Assembly: GCA_041663005.1 (NCBI GenBank) | Contig: JBAZRK010000001.1 | Span: 157,360 to 221,359, forward strand | Length of the DNA stretch: 64,000 nt | Direction: 5' to 3' | Source of the DNA: Minisyncoccota bacterium | GTDB taxonomy: Bacteria; Patescibacteriota; Minisyncoccia; Phycocordibacterales; UBA9973 | Shown: positions 19,507-29,252 of the stretch, piece after piece | Layout: each line of letters begins with the position of its first letter | Position numbering within the stretch: position 1 is the first letter of the stretch | Notes under the pieces: generated by a model | Told to the model about the DNA's origin: nothing | Seen by the model: the letters and a program-made list of their open reading frames with translations, nothing else | Databases searched by the model: none | Position numbers and translations under genes: made by a program

Positions 19507-20187
19507 ATGTCTAAATTTTATATCGTAGCGACGCCGATTGGGAATATGGGGGACATTACGTTTCGCGCGATAGAGACGCTCAAAAGTGTGGATTTAATAT
19601 TGTGTGAAGATACTCGCGAGACTAAAAAGATTTTAGATAAATTTGACATTCACAAGCCGACGATGAGCTACCATGCGCAGAGCAAGCTCGGGAAGACAGA
19701 CAAAATTTTTGAATTATTAAAAGAAGGAAAAGATTTAGCCTTAGTCTCAGACGCAGGCACGCCAGGTATCTCAGACCCTGGCGCACTCCTCGTTTCTAAA
19801 ATCAAAGAAAATGCAGATATGCGCGATAGCGTAAATGTGATTCCTGTGCCGGGGGCCACGGCTTTGATTACGGCGCTTTCTGGTTCAGGGCTACCTACTC
19901 ACGAGTTTACATTTCTAGGATTTCTGCCGCACAAGAAGGGAAGAGAGACTCTTTTTAGAGAAATGGCGGAATCAAAAAGGACCATGGCTTTTTACGAATC
20001 CCCTCATCGCATTTTGAAAACACTGGAATCTTTAGTAAAATTCTGCCCGGACAAAAAGGTGTGCGTGGCTCGCGAACTCACGAAAATTTACGAAGAGTTT
20101 AAGACCGGCACTCCGACAGAAGTTTTAGAATACTATTTAAAAAATAAAGATAAACAAAGAGGAGAATTTACCGTAATAGTTGCCTAA
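19507..20187 (+). CDS. rsmI: 16S rRNA (cytidine1402-2'-O)-methyltransferase
   Basis: Tetrapyrrole-methylase fold with GDITFRAIETL and SDAGTPGISDPG motifs. Confidence 0.85.
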   Translation: MSKFYIVATPIGNMGDITFRAIETLKSVDLILCEDTRETKKILDKFDIHKPTMSYHAQSKLGKTDKIFELLKEGKDLALVSDAGTPGISDPGALLVSKIKENADMRDSVNVIPVPGATALITALSGSGLPTHEFTFLGFLPHKKGRETLFREMAESKRTMAFYESPHRILKTLESLVKFCPDKKVCVARELTKIYEEFKTGTPTEVLEYYLKNKDKQRGEFTVIVA

Positions 20188-20253
20188 TCTCCTTACAAAG
20201 ACGCTAACCTTCTTAGTATATTATATATAATATACTAATTATTTTTTAAATTT

Positions 20254-22191
20254 TTACAGCAGATCTTCTGGATCTACGAACACGTCAAAGGTGGGTGCAA
20301 GCGAAGCGAGCTTATGATATAGGTTTTCGTCGATACTGCCTCCGAGCGAGAGCGCCGGCAGGGACCATTGCTTAGCAGCAAGCTTGATCAGGGCATTGGT
20401 GGCGTACTTGCCGTGGAGTTTGGCTACGAAACCCGAGAAGATGTCTGGGTTGTATACTCCAAAGGACTCCTGGATAAATTTTCTCGCTCTTAACATTTCA
20501 TCCCTGTCACCCAGGTGAGATATTTTAATAAACCGTGCGTATGGCGGATATTCGAGTTTTTGTCTGTCAGCTAACTCCTCACGCACGAAGCCGAGTAAAT
20601 TGCCGGACTTTATAGCCAGGACACTAGGATCAGTGGGATTCTTTGTTTCGAGTACAAGCTTTTCTGTTGTAATTTGGGTCATTTTAAGGGCGATTTGGAT
20701 GACCTTCTCGCTCATTTTGTAATTTGGAATACTCCACAGGGAGTCGAACGAAGCCACTACGGACAGAGGAATTTTATTCTTGAGGTAAAAGAATGCCATC
20801 TCTGTGCCTATGAGCACTGACCCCTCTTCATTCTCAAATTCCTGGGCAATTTTTTCTGCACCCTTGGCACTCTTTGCCGACTCCTTGTCGAGTTGAAAAA
20901 TTTTCACTTTTGGAAATACATTTTTGATTTCTTCAAATACGGTGTCTGTGCCGATACCGAGCGGCATCAAATTCCAACCGCCGCATCTGTCGCAAGTTTT
21001 CTCAGCGCCCCAGTCGCGCTCACAGCGATTACAGACGAACATTCGTTTCTTGCTTTTGGAAGTTGTATAAAGGACCAATGGCGATGAGCAATCTGGGCAA
21101 CCCAGAGTATCACCGCAATCTCTACACACGGTCTGCATAGCCAGCCCTTTTCGTAAAGCGAAAATGAAGACGTTTTTCTTGTTTCCCAGTGCATATTTTA
21201 TAAGCTCAAGGCATTCCTTTGAAAATATTTTAAATTCTCCCGTAACTTCTCTTTGACCTCGTTCTTTAACTTCGATTTCTCCAGGGAAATCAACACGGAA
21301 TGATAATGGGTAGAGTGGGTGCAGATGATCCTCCTCCTTACGTGCAATGGTTTCAAAGCGGAGCATTTCGTCGGCGAGAATAAACTTGGCACCGATTTTC
21401 GAAGCATAAATCTCAACAAAAACCCTTAGGTCCAAGTAAGGTCTTTTTATGGTCTTGTAAGCGCTCGAGCTTTCGTGTTCGAGTATGATGGTACCGATGT
21501 CGCTCTGAGGCATTGCCAGGAAGCGAGGTGTGGCAACAATAAGAGCAGGATGTTTGGAAGTAGCCAACAATTCGTAATTTTTAAAATTCTTTTTAGCATT
21601 AATTCCGCCGTGGAAGGCGAAAGTAAATCGCTCGATGCCTTTGCTCAATAATGTTGCAAATTTATTTACGTCCGATTCCGTGGGTAATACCAGGAAAATG
21701 GATTTACCACGAGCAAATGATTCGCGAATAATAGTTTTATAAATTGAAATACGGTCGGGTAAAGGGTATTGAAAAAGTAATTTTTCAGAGCGGAGATTAG
21801 TGTTTGGGGTCGGAGGCATATCATTGCTTTCCTGCTCAATGCCCACGAGCTTGTCGTATTCCTGGATAAAAATCGCGGGGATCATTGCCGGAATAGCGGC
21901 GTTCGGACTTAGGGCAAAATATTTAGAAGTTTCGGAAGCGGCCTCCAGGAACTCTCTACTAAAAATAGAAGGCCCTTTATCCTGGGCGATCTTTTTTAGA
22001 TTGAAATTCATATTTTTTATCCCGCTTTTCGCTTCACCTAAATCGTCCGAAGTAAGCACCAATGCTAGGACCTTTTTTTGTCGGATGGGAACGGAAACCA
22101 CGTGGCCGACCTGAACCGGTAGGCTGGTGAAATAGGTTAAATGACCTTTCGGGATGCCTTTTTTTAGAGGTATGACGGATAATATTTTCAT
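20254..22191 (-). CDS. priA: Primosomal protein N' (PriA) homologue with degenerate Walker A/B motifs
   Basis: N-terminal 3'-DNA-binding domain, helicase-core alignment and a Cys-rich zinc region (CRDCGD...CPDC...CNRC...CDRCGG). Walker A position reads YPLPDRISI and DEEH reads ILEHES. Confidence 0.85.
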   Translation of the reverse strand: MKILSVIPLKKGIPKGHLTYFTSLPVQVGHVVSVPIRQKKVLALVLTSDDLGEAKSGIKNMNFNLKKIAQDKGPSIFSREFLEAASETSKYFALSPNAAIPAMIPAIFIQEYDKLVGIEQESNDMPPTPNTNLRSEKLLFQYPLPDRISIYKTIIRESFARGKSIFLVLPTESDVNKFATLLSKGIERFTFAFHGGINAKKNFKNYELLATSKHPALIVATPRFLAMPQSDIGTIILEHESSSAYKTIKRPYLDLRVFVEIYASKIGAKFILADEMLRFETIARKEEDHLHPLYPLSFRVDFPGEIEVKERGQREVTGEFKIFSKECLELIKYALGNKKNVFIFALRKGLAMQTVCRDCGDTLGCPDCSSPLVLYTTSKSKKRMFVCNRCERDWGAEKTCDRCGGWNLMPLGIGTDTVFEEIKNVFPKVKIFQLDKESAKSAKGAEKIAQEFENEEGSVLIGTEMAFFYLKNKIPLSVVASFDSLWSIPNYKMSEKVIQIALKMTQITTEKLVLETKNPTDPSVLAIKSGNLLGFVREELADRQKLEYPPYARFIKISHLGDRDEMLRARKFIQESFGVYNPDIFSGFVAKLHGKYATNALIKLAAKQWSLPALSLGGSIDENLYHKLASLAPTFDVFVDPEDLL

Positions 22192-22225
22192 TTTTTTTCA
22201 ATTTCATTCTAGCATAAAAGTGTGG

Positions 22226-22301
22226 TATACCCCCACACCTATTTTTATTTGAATTTTTATACCACATAGTTTTCTTGATTTTAAATAGGTGTGGGGGTAT
22301 A
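22226..22301. repeat. Second copy of the palindromic 17-mer pair TATACCCCCACACCTAT ... ATAGGTGTGGGGGTATA (plus a partial third copy, tataccacatag)
   Basis: Identical 17-mers to those at 6835-6892. Located in the divergent priA/mreB intergenic region. Confidence 0.7.
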
Positions 22302-22303
22302 TT
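22275..22303 (+). promoter_or_regulatory. Sigma70-like promoter TTGATT-N17-TATATT for mreB, overlapping the right palindrome arm
   Basis: Same architecture as the rplY promoter (-35, 4 nt, 13 nt of the 17-mer, then -10 starting with the last TATA of the 17-mer). The mirror-image arm could serve as the priA promoter on the minus strand. Confidence 0.5.
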
Positions 22304-22309
22304 GCCCCT

Positions 22310-23323
22310 ATGGGAATATTTTCAAGAAAACTCGGTATCGATCTTGGTACGGCAAACACGCTCGTTTTTGCTCCCGGAAAAGGTGTGGTTTTAAATGAGC
22401 CCTCGGTGGTGGCAGTTTCAGAGCAAGATAACAAAGTTTTAGCCATTGGCTTTGAAGCCAAGGATATGATTGGTAAAACTCCGGAGTCTATTATTACCTA
22501 TTGTCCAATGAAAGACGGAGTGATAGCAGATTACAGAGTGACCGAAGCAATGCTCCGATATTTCATTAGTAAGGCGATGGGGAAGTGGAGCTTCTTTAAA
22601 CCTGATGTGATGGTGTCTGTGCCTGCAGGAGTCACCTCAACCGAACGCCGAGCTGTCGTTGAGGCTGCTATTCGTGCCGGCGCCAAGAATGCTTACGTTG
22701 TGAAAGAGCCTATACTCGCGGCCATAGGCGCAGGTATTCCTATTTATGAATCAAAGGGTTATATGATAGTCGATATTGGTGGAGGCACTACAGACGTAGC
22801 TGTGATTTCATTGGGAGGAATCGTGGCCTCGACTTCGGTAAAATGCGCCGGCAACAAAATTGACGCTGCGATAGCGGACTATATTAAAAAAACTTTTAAC
22901 CTAGCTATTGGAGACAGGACTGCAGAAGAAGTGAAGATAAGAATAGGTGCAGCGGTGCCGCTTGAAGAAGAGTTAAGAGTTACAATCAAGGGCCGAGACT
23001 TCATCCAAGGTTTGCCTAGGTCTGCTCAAGTAGGCTCTAACGAAATAGTGAAGGCTATCGACGCCGAACTAAAACAAGTGATTAAGGCTATTAAAGATGT
23101 TCTACAGGAAACTCCTCCCGAACTCGCGTCCGACATTATCGACCACGGCATAATTATGACCGGTGGTTCTTCACAACTTCGCAATTTTACAGACTTGGTA
23201 TACAGGAAGACTGGTGTCAAAGCGGCTATTGCCGAGGACCCGCTCTTCTGTGTCGTTAAAGGTACCGGAATCGCACTGGAGCATTTGGATGTTTACAAAA
23301 AGACTGTTTTAAGTAAAAAATAA
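22310..23323 (+). CDS. mreB: Rod shape-determining protein MreB
   Basis: Actin-fold motifs GIDLGTANT and DIGGGTTD. Start chosen at MGIFSRK, because the track start lies inside the promoter repeat. Confidence 0.9.
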   Translation: MGIFSRKLGIDLGTANTLVFAPGKGVVLNEPSVVAVSEQDNKVLAIGFEAKDMIGKTPESIITYCPMKDGVIADYRVTEAMLRYFISKAMGKWSFFKPDVMVSVPAGVTSTERRAVVEAAIRAGAKNAYVVKEPILAAIGAGIPIYESKGYMIVDIGGGTTDVAVISLGGIVASTSVKCAGNKIDAAIADYIKKTFNLAIGDRTAEEVKIRIGAAVPLEEELRVTIKGRDFIQGLPRSAQVGSNEIVKAIDAELKQVIKAIKDVLQETPPELASDIIDHGIIMTGGSSQLRNFTDLVYRKTGVKAAIAEDPLFCVVKGTGIALEHLDVYKKTVLSKK

Positions 23324-24024
23324 TGCTTGCGGACCATTTAAATAAAGATAACCTACATCACGCTTATCTGATTGAGGGGGAGCGGGAGAGCGTAATGAGT
23401 GAGCTACTTGAATTTTTTGAAAATTCTAAAATTAACACGTCCGGCAACTCTGATTTCATCAATATTCACGTTGATTCGTTTAAAATGGACGATGCCCGAA
23501 ATTTGAAGGTTCACGAACGGGAGAAAAGCTTTTCTGACAACAAAAAAATATTTATAATCTCGGCCAACTCCATACTGCTCGAGGCGCAAAATACATTACT
23601 TAAACTTTTCGAAGAGCCAATACCCCAAACCCATTTTTTTGTAATTGTACCCGATACAAATGCGCTCCTGAGAACCCTCGTTTCGAGATTTCAAGTGATT
23701 TCTGCGAGGAATTATTCCAGCATACCAAATTTTGATACTGACAGGTTTCTGGCGATGACTAAGCCACAGCGTCTAGAGTACTTAAAAGCATTTTTAAAAG
23801 AACCAGAAGAAAGTGAAGAGGTTGTACTAGTTGGTGCTCGCGCCCAAGCGCTTAATTTTCTGAATTCGCTTGAGCTTACCCTTCACAACAAGATGCCGAA
23901 GGCGCATCTCGATTCCGAGTCCTTCGAGCAAATCTTTCAAGTTAGGAAATTCCTAAGAATGCCGGGATCCTCAGTTAAAAATTTAATGGAGTCTGTCGCT
24001 TTGACGGTTCCTATGATAGAATAA
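23323..24024 (+). CDS. holB: DNA polymerase III delta' subunit-like (HolB-like AAA+ clamp-loader component lacking P-loop)
   Basis: HHAYLIEG start, NALLKLFEEP and SRFQ sensor motifs of clamp-loader subunits. No GxxGxGK Walker A. Confidence 0.65.
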   Translation: MLADHLNKDNLHHAYLIEGERESVMSELLEFFENSKINTSGNSDFINIHVDSFKMDDARNLKVHEREKSFSDNKKIFIISANSILLEAQNTLLKLFEEPIPQTHFFVIVPDTNALLRTLVSRFQVISARNYSSIPNFDTDRFLAMTKPQRLEYLKAFLKEPEESEEVVLVGARAQALNFLNSLELTLHNKMPKAHLDSESFEQIFQVRKFLRMPGSSVKNLMESVALTVPMIE

Positions 24025-24028
24025 ACTT

Positions 24029-24580
24029 ATGCCATACAATTTTTCAAACATTAAAGCCGAGCTTAAGAAAATCGAAGAGTTTCTAGGTAAGGAATACGGC
24101 CAGCTTAACATTGGACGAGCTTCCCCTAGCATCCTAGATGGAATATCCGTTGAATCCTACGGTTCGTATGTACCGCTCAAGAACATAGCCTCTGTCTCAA
24201 TTGAAGATCCGAAGACCCTGCGCATTGCGCCGTGGGACAAGGCCCAGGTAAAAAGCATCGAGAAGGCTATCGTGGGTGCCAACATTGGTCTCTCTGTTGC
24301 CACAGACGACCAAGGCCTCAGGGTTATTTTCCCCCAGCTGACTACGGAGTCCAGGGAATCCTTGGTGAAAGTTTTGAGAGAGAAATTGGAAGAATCTAGA
24401 ATTGCCGTACGTCGAGAGCGCGAGCGAGTCTGGGACGACATTCAAGCACAAGAAAAAGCCGGCTCGATGACTGAAGATGACAAATTCCGTGGTAAGGATG
24501 ATTTGCAGAAGATTGTGGACGAAGCCAATAAAAATTTAGAAGCAACTTTCGGAAGGAAGGAGAAGGAAGTGATGGGGTAG
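24029..24580 (+). CDS. frr: Ribosome recycling factor
   Basis: RRF fold sequence across the full length (…RVIFPQLTTESRE…). Confidence 0.9.
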   Translation: MPYNFSNIKAELKKIEEFLGKEYGQLNIGRASPSILDGISVESYGSYVPLKNIASVSIEDPKTLRIAPWDKAQVKSIEKAIVGANIGLSVATDDQGLRVIFPQLTTESRESLVKVLREKLEESRIAVRRERERVWDDIQAQEKAGSMTEDDKFRGKDDLQKIVDEANKNLEATFGRKEKEVMG

Positions 24581-24586
24581 AGAAAT

Positions 24587-25687
24587 ATGAGCATACTGAT
24601 TTTCATAATTATACTTTTGGTTTTAGTTTTGGTCCATGAATTTGGGCATTTTTTTACTGCGAAAAAGTTCGGTATTCGAGTGGACGAATTCGGTTTCGGC
24701 TTCCCGCCGAAATTATTTGGGAAAAAATTCGGTGAGACTGAATATACTGTTAACCTTCTGCCCCTAGGAGGCTTCGTGAGAATTTTCGGCGAGACCCCAG
24801 ACGAAGAAAGTGTGAACGGCCCAGACGCCTTGAGAAGCTTTATAAATAAAGCTAGATGGAAGCAAGCCATCGTACTTGTGGCCGGTGTATTTATGAATTT
24901 TCTTTTAGCTTGGCTACTTTTCTCTCTTGCTTTCATTTCCGGACGTCCAACGTCCGTCAGGCAAGGTGAGCTGGCAGGCTATGAATTGCAAGATGTAAAC
25001 CTGGTGATAGTTTCTATCGTCGCAGACTCACCCGCAGCAGAAGCTGGGTTAAAGCCCGGAGATAAAATCCTTGCAATTGGCAAAGGCGAAGAAATTGTTT
25101 CAGAAGTTACCCCGGTAGCCTTGCAGTCCTTCGTTGCTAAAAGCGAAGGGAAAGAAATTTTCGTAAATTACCAACGTGGAGATAGTGCAGAAACTGTGCA
25201 GGCGCGTATCTTACCTAAAGTGCAGAATGGTACGCCGATAATTGGCATAGCGATGGACGAAGTGGGGACTGCCAAGATGGGTTTCTTCAAGTCCTTTGCT
25301 GAAGGATTTACTTTGACTCGGCTTGTGACGCAAGAAACAGCTATGGGGCTCTACAAACTCATTAAAGATGGATTAACCGGCGCCGGAAGCTTGGAGTCCA
25401 TAACCGGGCCCGTTGGGCTTGTGGGTGTCGTTGGTGACGCGTACCAATTCGGATTCGCGTACCTTATCTCCTTCGCTGCCTTGATTTCAATAAACCTGGG
25501 AATAATAAATTTATTGCCTTTCCCGGCGCTAGACGGTGGGCGGTTACTTTTTCTCCTAATTGAAAAAATAAAAGGCTCGCGGATGAATTTAAAGATGGTC
25601 AACGCCGCCAACTCTATCGGTTTCATAATTTTGATACTCTTAATGCTCCTGGTTACCTACAACGATATTGCAAAAATATTGTCTTAG
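24587..25687 (+). CDS. rseP: RIP metalloprotease RseP (site-2 protease, M50 family)
   Basis: HEFGHF zinc motif in TM1, a PDZ domain and a C-terminal LDGG motif. Confidence 0.85.
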   Translation: MSILIFIIILLVLVLVHEFGHFFTAKKFGIRVDEFGFGFPPKLFGKKFGETEYTVNLLPLGGFVRIFGETPDEESVNGPDALRSFINKARWKQAIVLVAGVFMNFLLAWLLFSLAFISGRPTSVRQGELAGYELQDVNLVIVSIVADSPAAEAGLKPGDKILAIGKGEEIVSEVTPVALQSFVAKSEGKEIFVNYQRGDSAETVQARILPKVQNGTPIIGIAMDEVGTAKMGFFKSFAEGFTLTRLVTQETAMGLYKLIKDGLTGAGSLESITGPVGLVGVVGDAYQFGFAYLISFAALISINLGIINLLPFPALDGGRLLFLLIEKIKGSRMNLKMVNAANSIGFIILILLMLLVTYNDIAKILS

Positions 25688-25688
25688 T

Positions 25689-27389
25689 ATGGAAGAGAAA
25701 AATTGTCAAAACTGCAAAAAAAATTTCACTATCGAGGTGGACGACTTTGGGTTTTATGAAAAAATAAAAGTACCGCCGCCAACTTTTTGCCCTGAGTGCA
25801 GATTTGTGAGAAGGTTGGCTACTATGAATGACAGGTTTTTTTATAAGCGCAAATGTGATCTAACGGGCAAGGAAATTTTCAGTATTTACCCAGAAGGTAC
25901 AGAATTTCCGGTATACGAAACGGATGCCTGGTATTCGGATGCGTGGGATCCGTATAAGTATGGTATGGAATACGATTTCTCTCGACCTTTTTTTGAACAG
26001 TTTAAGGAATTGCACGGCAAAGTTCCTCGGCTCGCACTGACCAAGCAGGGTATGTCCATAAACAGTCCCTACACACATCGAGTGCATGATATGAAGAATT
26101 GTTATATGTTATGTCGGGCTACAAAATGCTCAGATTCATTTTATTCATATATCGTTGAAAATATAACAAATTCTTCTGACTGCGCCTGGTCTAGTAGCTG
26201 CGAACTTTGTTATGAGTGTGTAAACTGCGAACATTGTTATAACACCAGGTTTGCACGAGATAGTAGTAATTGTCGAGATTCTTTCTTTTTATATGCTTGT
26301 CGCAACTGCTCTAATTGCGTGGGGTGTGTTAACTTAGTAAACAAGGAATACTGCATTTGGAACGTACAGTACACAAAAGAAGAATATTTAAAAAAAATTG
26401 AAGAGTTAGAATTAAACAGTTTTCCCGGACTTGAGAAATTAAAAATTGAATTTGAAGCATTTCGTAAGAAATTCCCACAAAAGTCCATTACTTCCCTAAA
26501 GTCGAGTGAAGTTTCAGGAAACTGTTTTTCTAATTGCAAAAATGTACATAATTCATTTGATTGTATAAACGTGAAAGATGGTAAGTATCTTTGTTCCATT
26601 TTTGACGCGCAGGACTGTATGGATTATTTCGAATGGGGGAATGGCTCTGAATTGATTTATGAGTCGGAGAATTGTGGAATAGGATCTTCCAGAATATCTT
26701 TTAGCGCACAGTGCTGGATGGGAGCACACGATTTGTTGTATTGCGATTCTTGTCCAAGCACAAGCTACTCCTTGGGTTGTATCGGACTAAAGAAAGGTCA
26801 GTATTCAATTCTAAATAAAAAATATACAAAAGAAGAATATGAGGAGCTGTTACCTAAGGTCATTGAACATATGAAAGCAATGCCTTACGTAGATAGCAAG
26901 GGAATAGAATACAAATTCGGAGAACATTTTCCTGTGTCAATTTTTAACCACGCCTATAATGAAACAATTGCTTGCGACTTTTTTCCTTTAACTAAGGATG
27001 AGGTGGTTGCAAAGGGCTACAAATGGCAAGATCGTGAAAAACGAAACTACGAAATTACAATTGAAAGTTCTCAATTGTCAGATACTATAGATGAGGTAGA
27101 GGATTCAATTTTAAATGAGGTTATCGGCTGTGCAGAAAAAGATAGTCCGGCTTCAGTCGGGGCTTACCTTATAACACAAGGGGAATTGTCATTTTATCGA
27201 AGGATGGACCTGCCATTGCCACGGGTGAGCTTCGACGTTCGGCATATAAATCGTTTTGCACAGCGACCGGGCTTCACAATCCAGAAACGAAAGTGCGATA
27301 AGTGTAACATTGAAATTGAGACTGTTTACAGCGAAGCATTTTCGCCTATTATTTATTGTGAAGAGTGTTATAAACGAGAAGTATATTAA
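25689..27389 (+). CDS. Cysteine-rich hypothetical protein (567 aa) with terminal zinc-ribbon-like CxxC pairs and central C-x2-C runs
   Basis: ~38 Cys. N-terminal CQNC...CPEC, C-terminal CDKC...CEEC, and central CELCYECVNCEHC and CRNCSNCVGC runs. AT-rich codon usage. Confidence 0.6.
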   Translation: MEEKNCQNCKKNFTIEVDDFGFYEKIKVPPPTFCPECRFVRRLATMNDRFFYKRKCDLTGKEIFSIYPEGTEFPVYETDAWYSDAWDPYKYGMEYDFSRPFFEQFKELHGKVPRLALTKQGMSINSPYTHRVHDMKNCYMLCRATKCSDSFYSYIVENITNSSDCAWSSSCELCYECVNCEHCYNTRFARDSSNCRDSFFLYACRNCSNCVGCVNLVNKEYCIWNVQYTKEEYLKKIEELELNSFPGLEKLKIEFEAFRKKFPQKSITSLKSSEVSGNCFSNCKNVHNSFDCINVKDGKYLCSIFDAQDCMDYFEWGNGSELIYESENCGIGSSRISFSAQCWMGAHDLLYCDSCPSTSYSLGCIGLKKGQYSILNKKYTKEEYEELLPKVIEHMKAMPYVDSKGIEYKFGEHFPVSIFNHAYNETIACDFFPLTKDEVVAKGYKWQDREKRNYEITIESSQLSDTIDEVEDSILNEVIGCAEKDSPASVGAYLITQGELSFYRRMDLPLPRVSFDVRHINRFAQRPGFTIQKRKCDKCNIEIETVYSEAFSPIIYCEECYKREVY

Positions 27390-27390
27390 T

Positions 27391-28143
27391 ATGAAAACAA
27401 AACACATTCGACGAGCTCAGTGCAGGTTATTACACGAGATACGTGCGGTGAAGACCAAGAAAGAGCTTGCAAATTTGGTAAAGGCGCAACGGATAAGTGA
27501 GAGGGTTTTAGCCGATGCTGTAAAAAATTTGAAATCTGGAATAACAGAACTAGAAACTGCAAATTTTATCAAAAAAGCATTTGTAAGATACGGTGCTCCA
27601 ATTTTATCTTTCCCGCCGATTGTTGCTTTCGGGAAAAACTCGGCAAACATTCATCACGAACCCAATAAAACAAAATTGAAAGTAGGGGATAACGTTATGT
27701 TTGATATTGGAACAAGCATAAATCATTACTGCTCCGATATGACCCGTACATATTTCTGGGGCGAACCAAACGCTAAGCAGAAGAAAGTTTATTTAGATGT
27801 TTTAAAAGCGCAGGAGCTCGCTGTTAAGAAATTGGAAAAAGGAGAACGAAGGGCATGGATCATAGATAAAACTGCTCGAGAATTTTTGGCAAAAAAGTAT
27901 AAAAATAATTTCAAACATGGACTCGGACACGGTGTGGGTACTGTAATCCATGAGTGGCCGAACTTTAAGCCAAAGAGTGAAGATATAATTCCTACTGGCT
28001 GCGTTATGACGGTAGAGCCCGGGATATACCTTAAGGGCTTCAGTGGGGTGCGCATAGAAGATATGTACCTCATCACTAAAAAGGGCGTCAAAAGCCTCAC
28101 CAAGCCCCCTAAAAGCCTCAAGGATGCGATTTTGAATAAGTAA
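27391..28143 (+). CDS. M24 family metallopeptidase (Xaa-Pro aminopeptidase/prolidase-like catalytic domain)
   Basis: Pita-bread fold motifs HGLGHGVG and VEPGIY. Short N-terminal region. Confidence 0.8.
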   Translation: MKTKHIRRAQCRLLHEIRAVKTKKELANLVKAQRISERVLADAVKNLKSGITELETANFIKKAFVRYGAPILSFPPIVAFGKNSANIHHEPNKTKLKVGDNVMFDIGTSINHYCSDMTRTYFWGEPNAKQKKVYLDVLKAQELAVKKLEKGERRAWIIDKTAREFLAKKYKNNFKHGLGHGVGTVIHEWPNFKPKSEDIIPTGCVMTVEPGIYLKGFSGVRIEDMYLITKKGVKSLTKPPKSLKDAILNK

Positions 28144-28158
28144 TGTATAATTAGGCCT

Positions 28159-29220
28159 ATGGCTAAAAAACGGTTAAAAATAGGGGTTCTTTTCGGGGGC
28201 AAATCCGCGGAGCACGAAGTGTCGCTTCAGTCAGCGCAGAACGTCATCGTGAGCCTAGATAAAAATAAATACGAGGTTATTCCTATTGGCATTACGAAGG
28301 AAGGCAAGTGGCTACTGAGCAACACTTCCAATTACCTTTTAAATGCAAATAATCCAAAATTAATTAAATTAAATAATTCGAATAGAAAGATTGTTCCCCT
28401 AAATGATGAAGTTAGAATCAAAGAAAAAATTGATGTAATTTTCCCCGTGATGCACGGACCGTTCGGCGAAGATGGCTCAATGCAAGGTTTGCTCAAACTC
28501 GCAGGAGTGCCGTTTGTTGGTGCAGGGGTTTTGGGCTCTGCAGTAGGAATGGACAAGGATGTGATGAAGCGCCTTTTGCGAGACGCGAGATTGCCCGTGG
28601 GGGAATTTGTCGCGCTTAAGTTCGGGGAGAAGGTAAGTTTTGGAAAAATTAAAAAATTACTGGGCTTACCGGTTTTTGTAAAGCCGGCGAACATGGGCTC
28701 CTCCGTGGGGGTCAGTAAAGCCAGGAATGAGAAGGAGTTCGCGAAGGCTGTAAGCGAAGCATTTAAATATGATACGAAAATAATTATCGAGAAATTTATT
28801 AATGGCAGAGAAATTGAGTGCGCCGTGCTTGGCAACGACACACCCGTAGCGTCAGTACCAGGCGAGATAATTGCCAATCAGGAATTCTATTCGTATGACG
28901 CGAAATATATAGACCAAGGTTCAGTGGCGGAAATTCCAGCTAAATTAGACAAGAAAACCGAGAAGAAAATTCGAGAGCTTGCCGTGCAAACTTTCAAGGC
29001 TCTCAATTGTGAAGGCATGGGGCGAGTGGACTTTTTCCTAACCAAAACTGGAAAAGTGTATGTGAATGAAATAAACACTATTCCGGGATTTACTGATATC
29101 AGTATGTATCCTAAGCTCTGGGAAGCCTCAGGTATACCTCAATCCAAGCTCCTCGACATACTCATAAACCTCGCCCTTGAACGTTTTAATAAGGAGAAGA
29201 AATTAAAAACTACAGTGTAA
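28159..29220 (+). CDS. ddl: D-alanine--D-alanine ligase
   Basis: ATP-grasp with N-terminal GVLFGGKSAEHEVS and C-terminal NEINTIPGFT motifs. Confidence 0.9.
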   Translation: MAKKRLKIGVLFGGKSAEHEVSLQSAQNVIVSLDKNKYEVIPIGITKEGKWLLSNTSNYLLNANNPKLIKLNNSNRKIVPLNDEVRIKEKIDVIFPVMHGPFGEDGSMQGLLKLAGVPFVGAGVLGSAVGMDKDVMKRLLRDARLPVGEFVALKFGEKVSFGKIKKLLGLPVFVKPANMGSSVGVSKARNEKEFAKAVSEAFKYDTKIIIEKFINGREIECAVLGNDTPVASVPGEIIANQEFYSYDAKYIDQGSVAEIPAKLDKKTEKKIRELAVQTFKALNCEGMGRVDFFLTKTGKVYVNEINTIPGFTDISMYPKLWEASGIPQSKLLDILINLALERFNKEKKLKTTV

Positions 29221-29252
29221 CCTCATCTACGCCATAGCGTAGGTTGATATTT

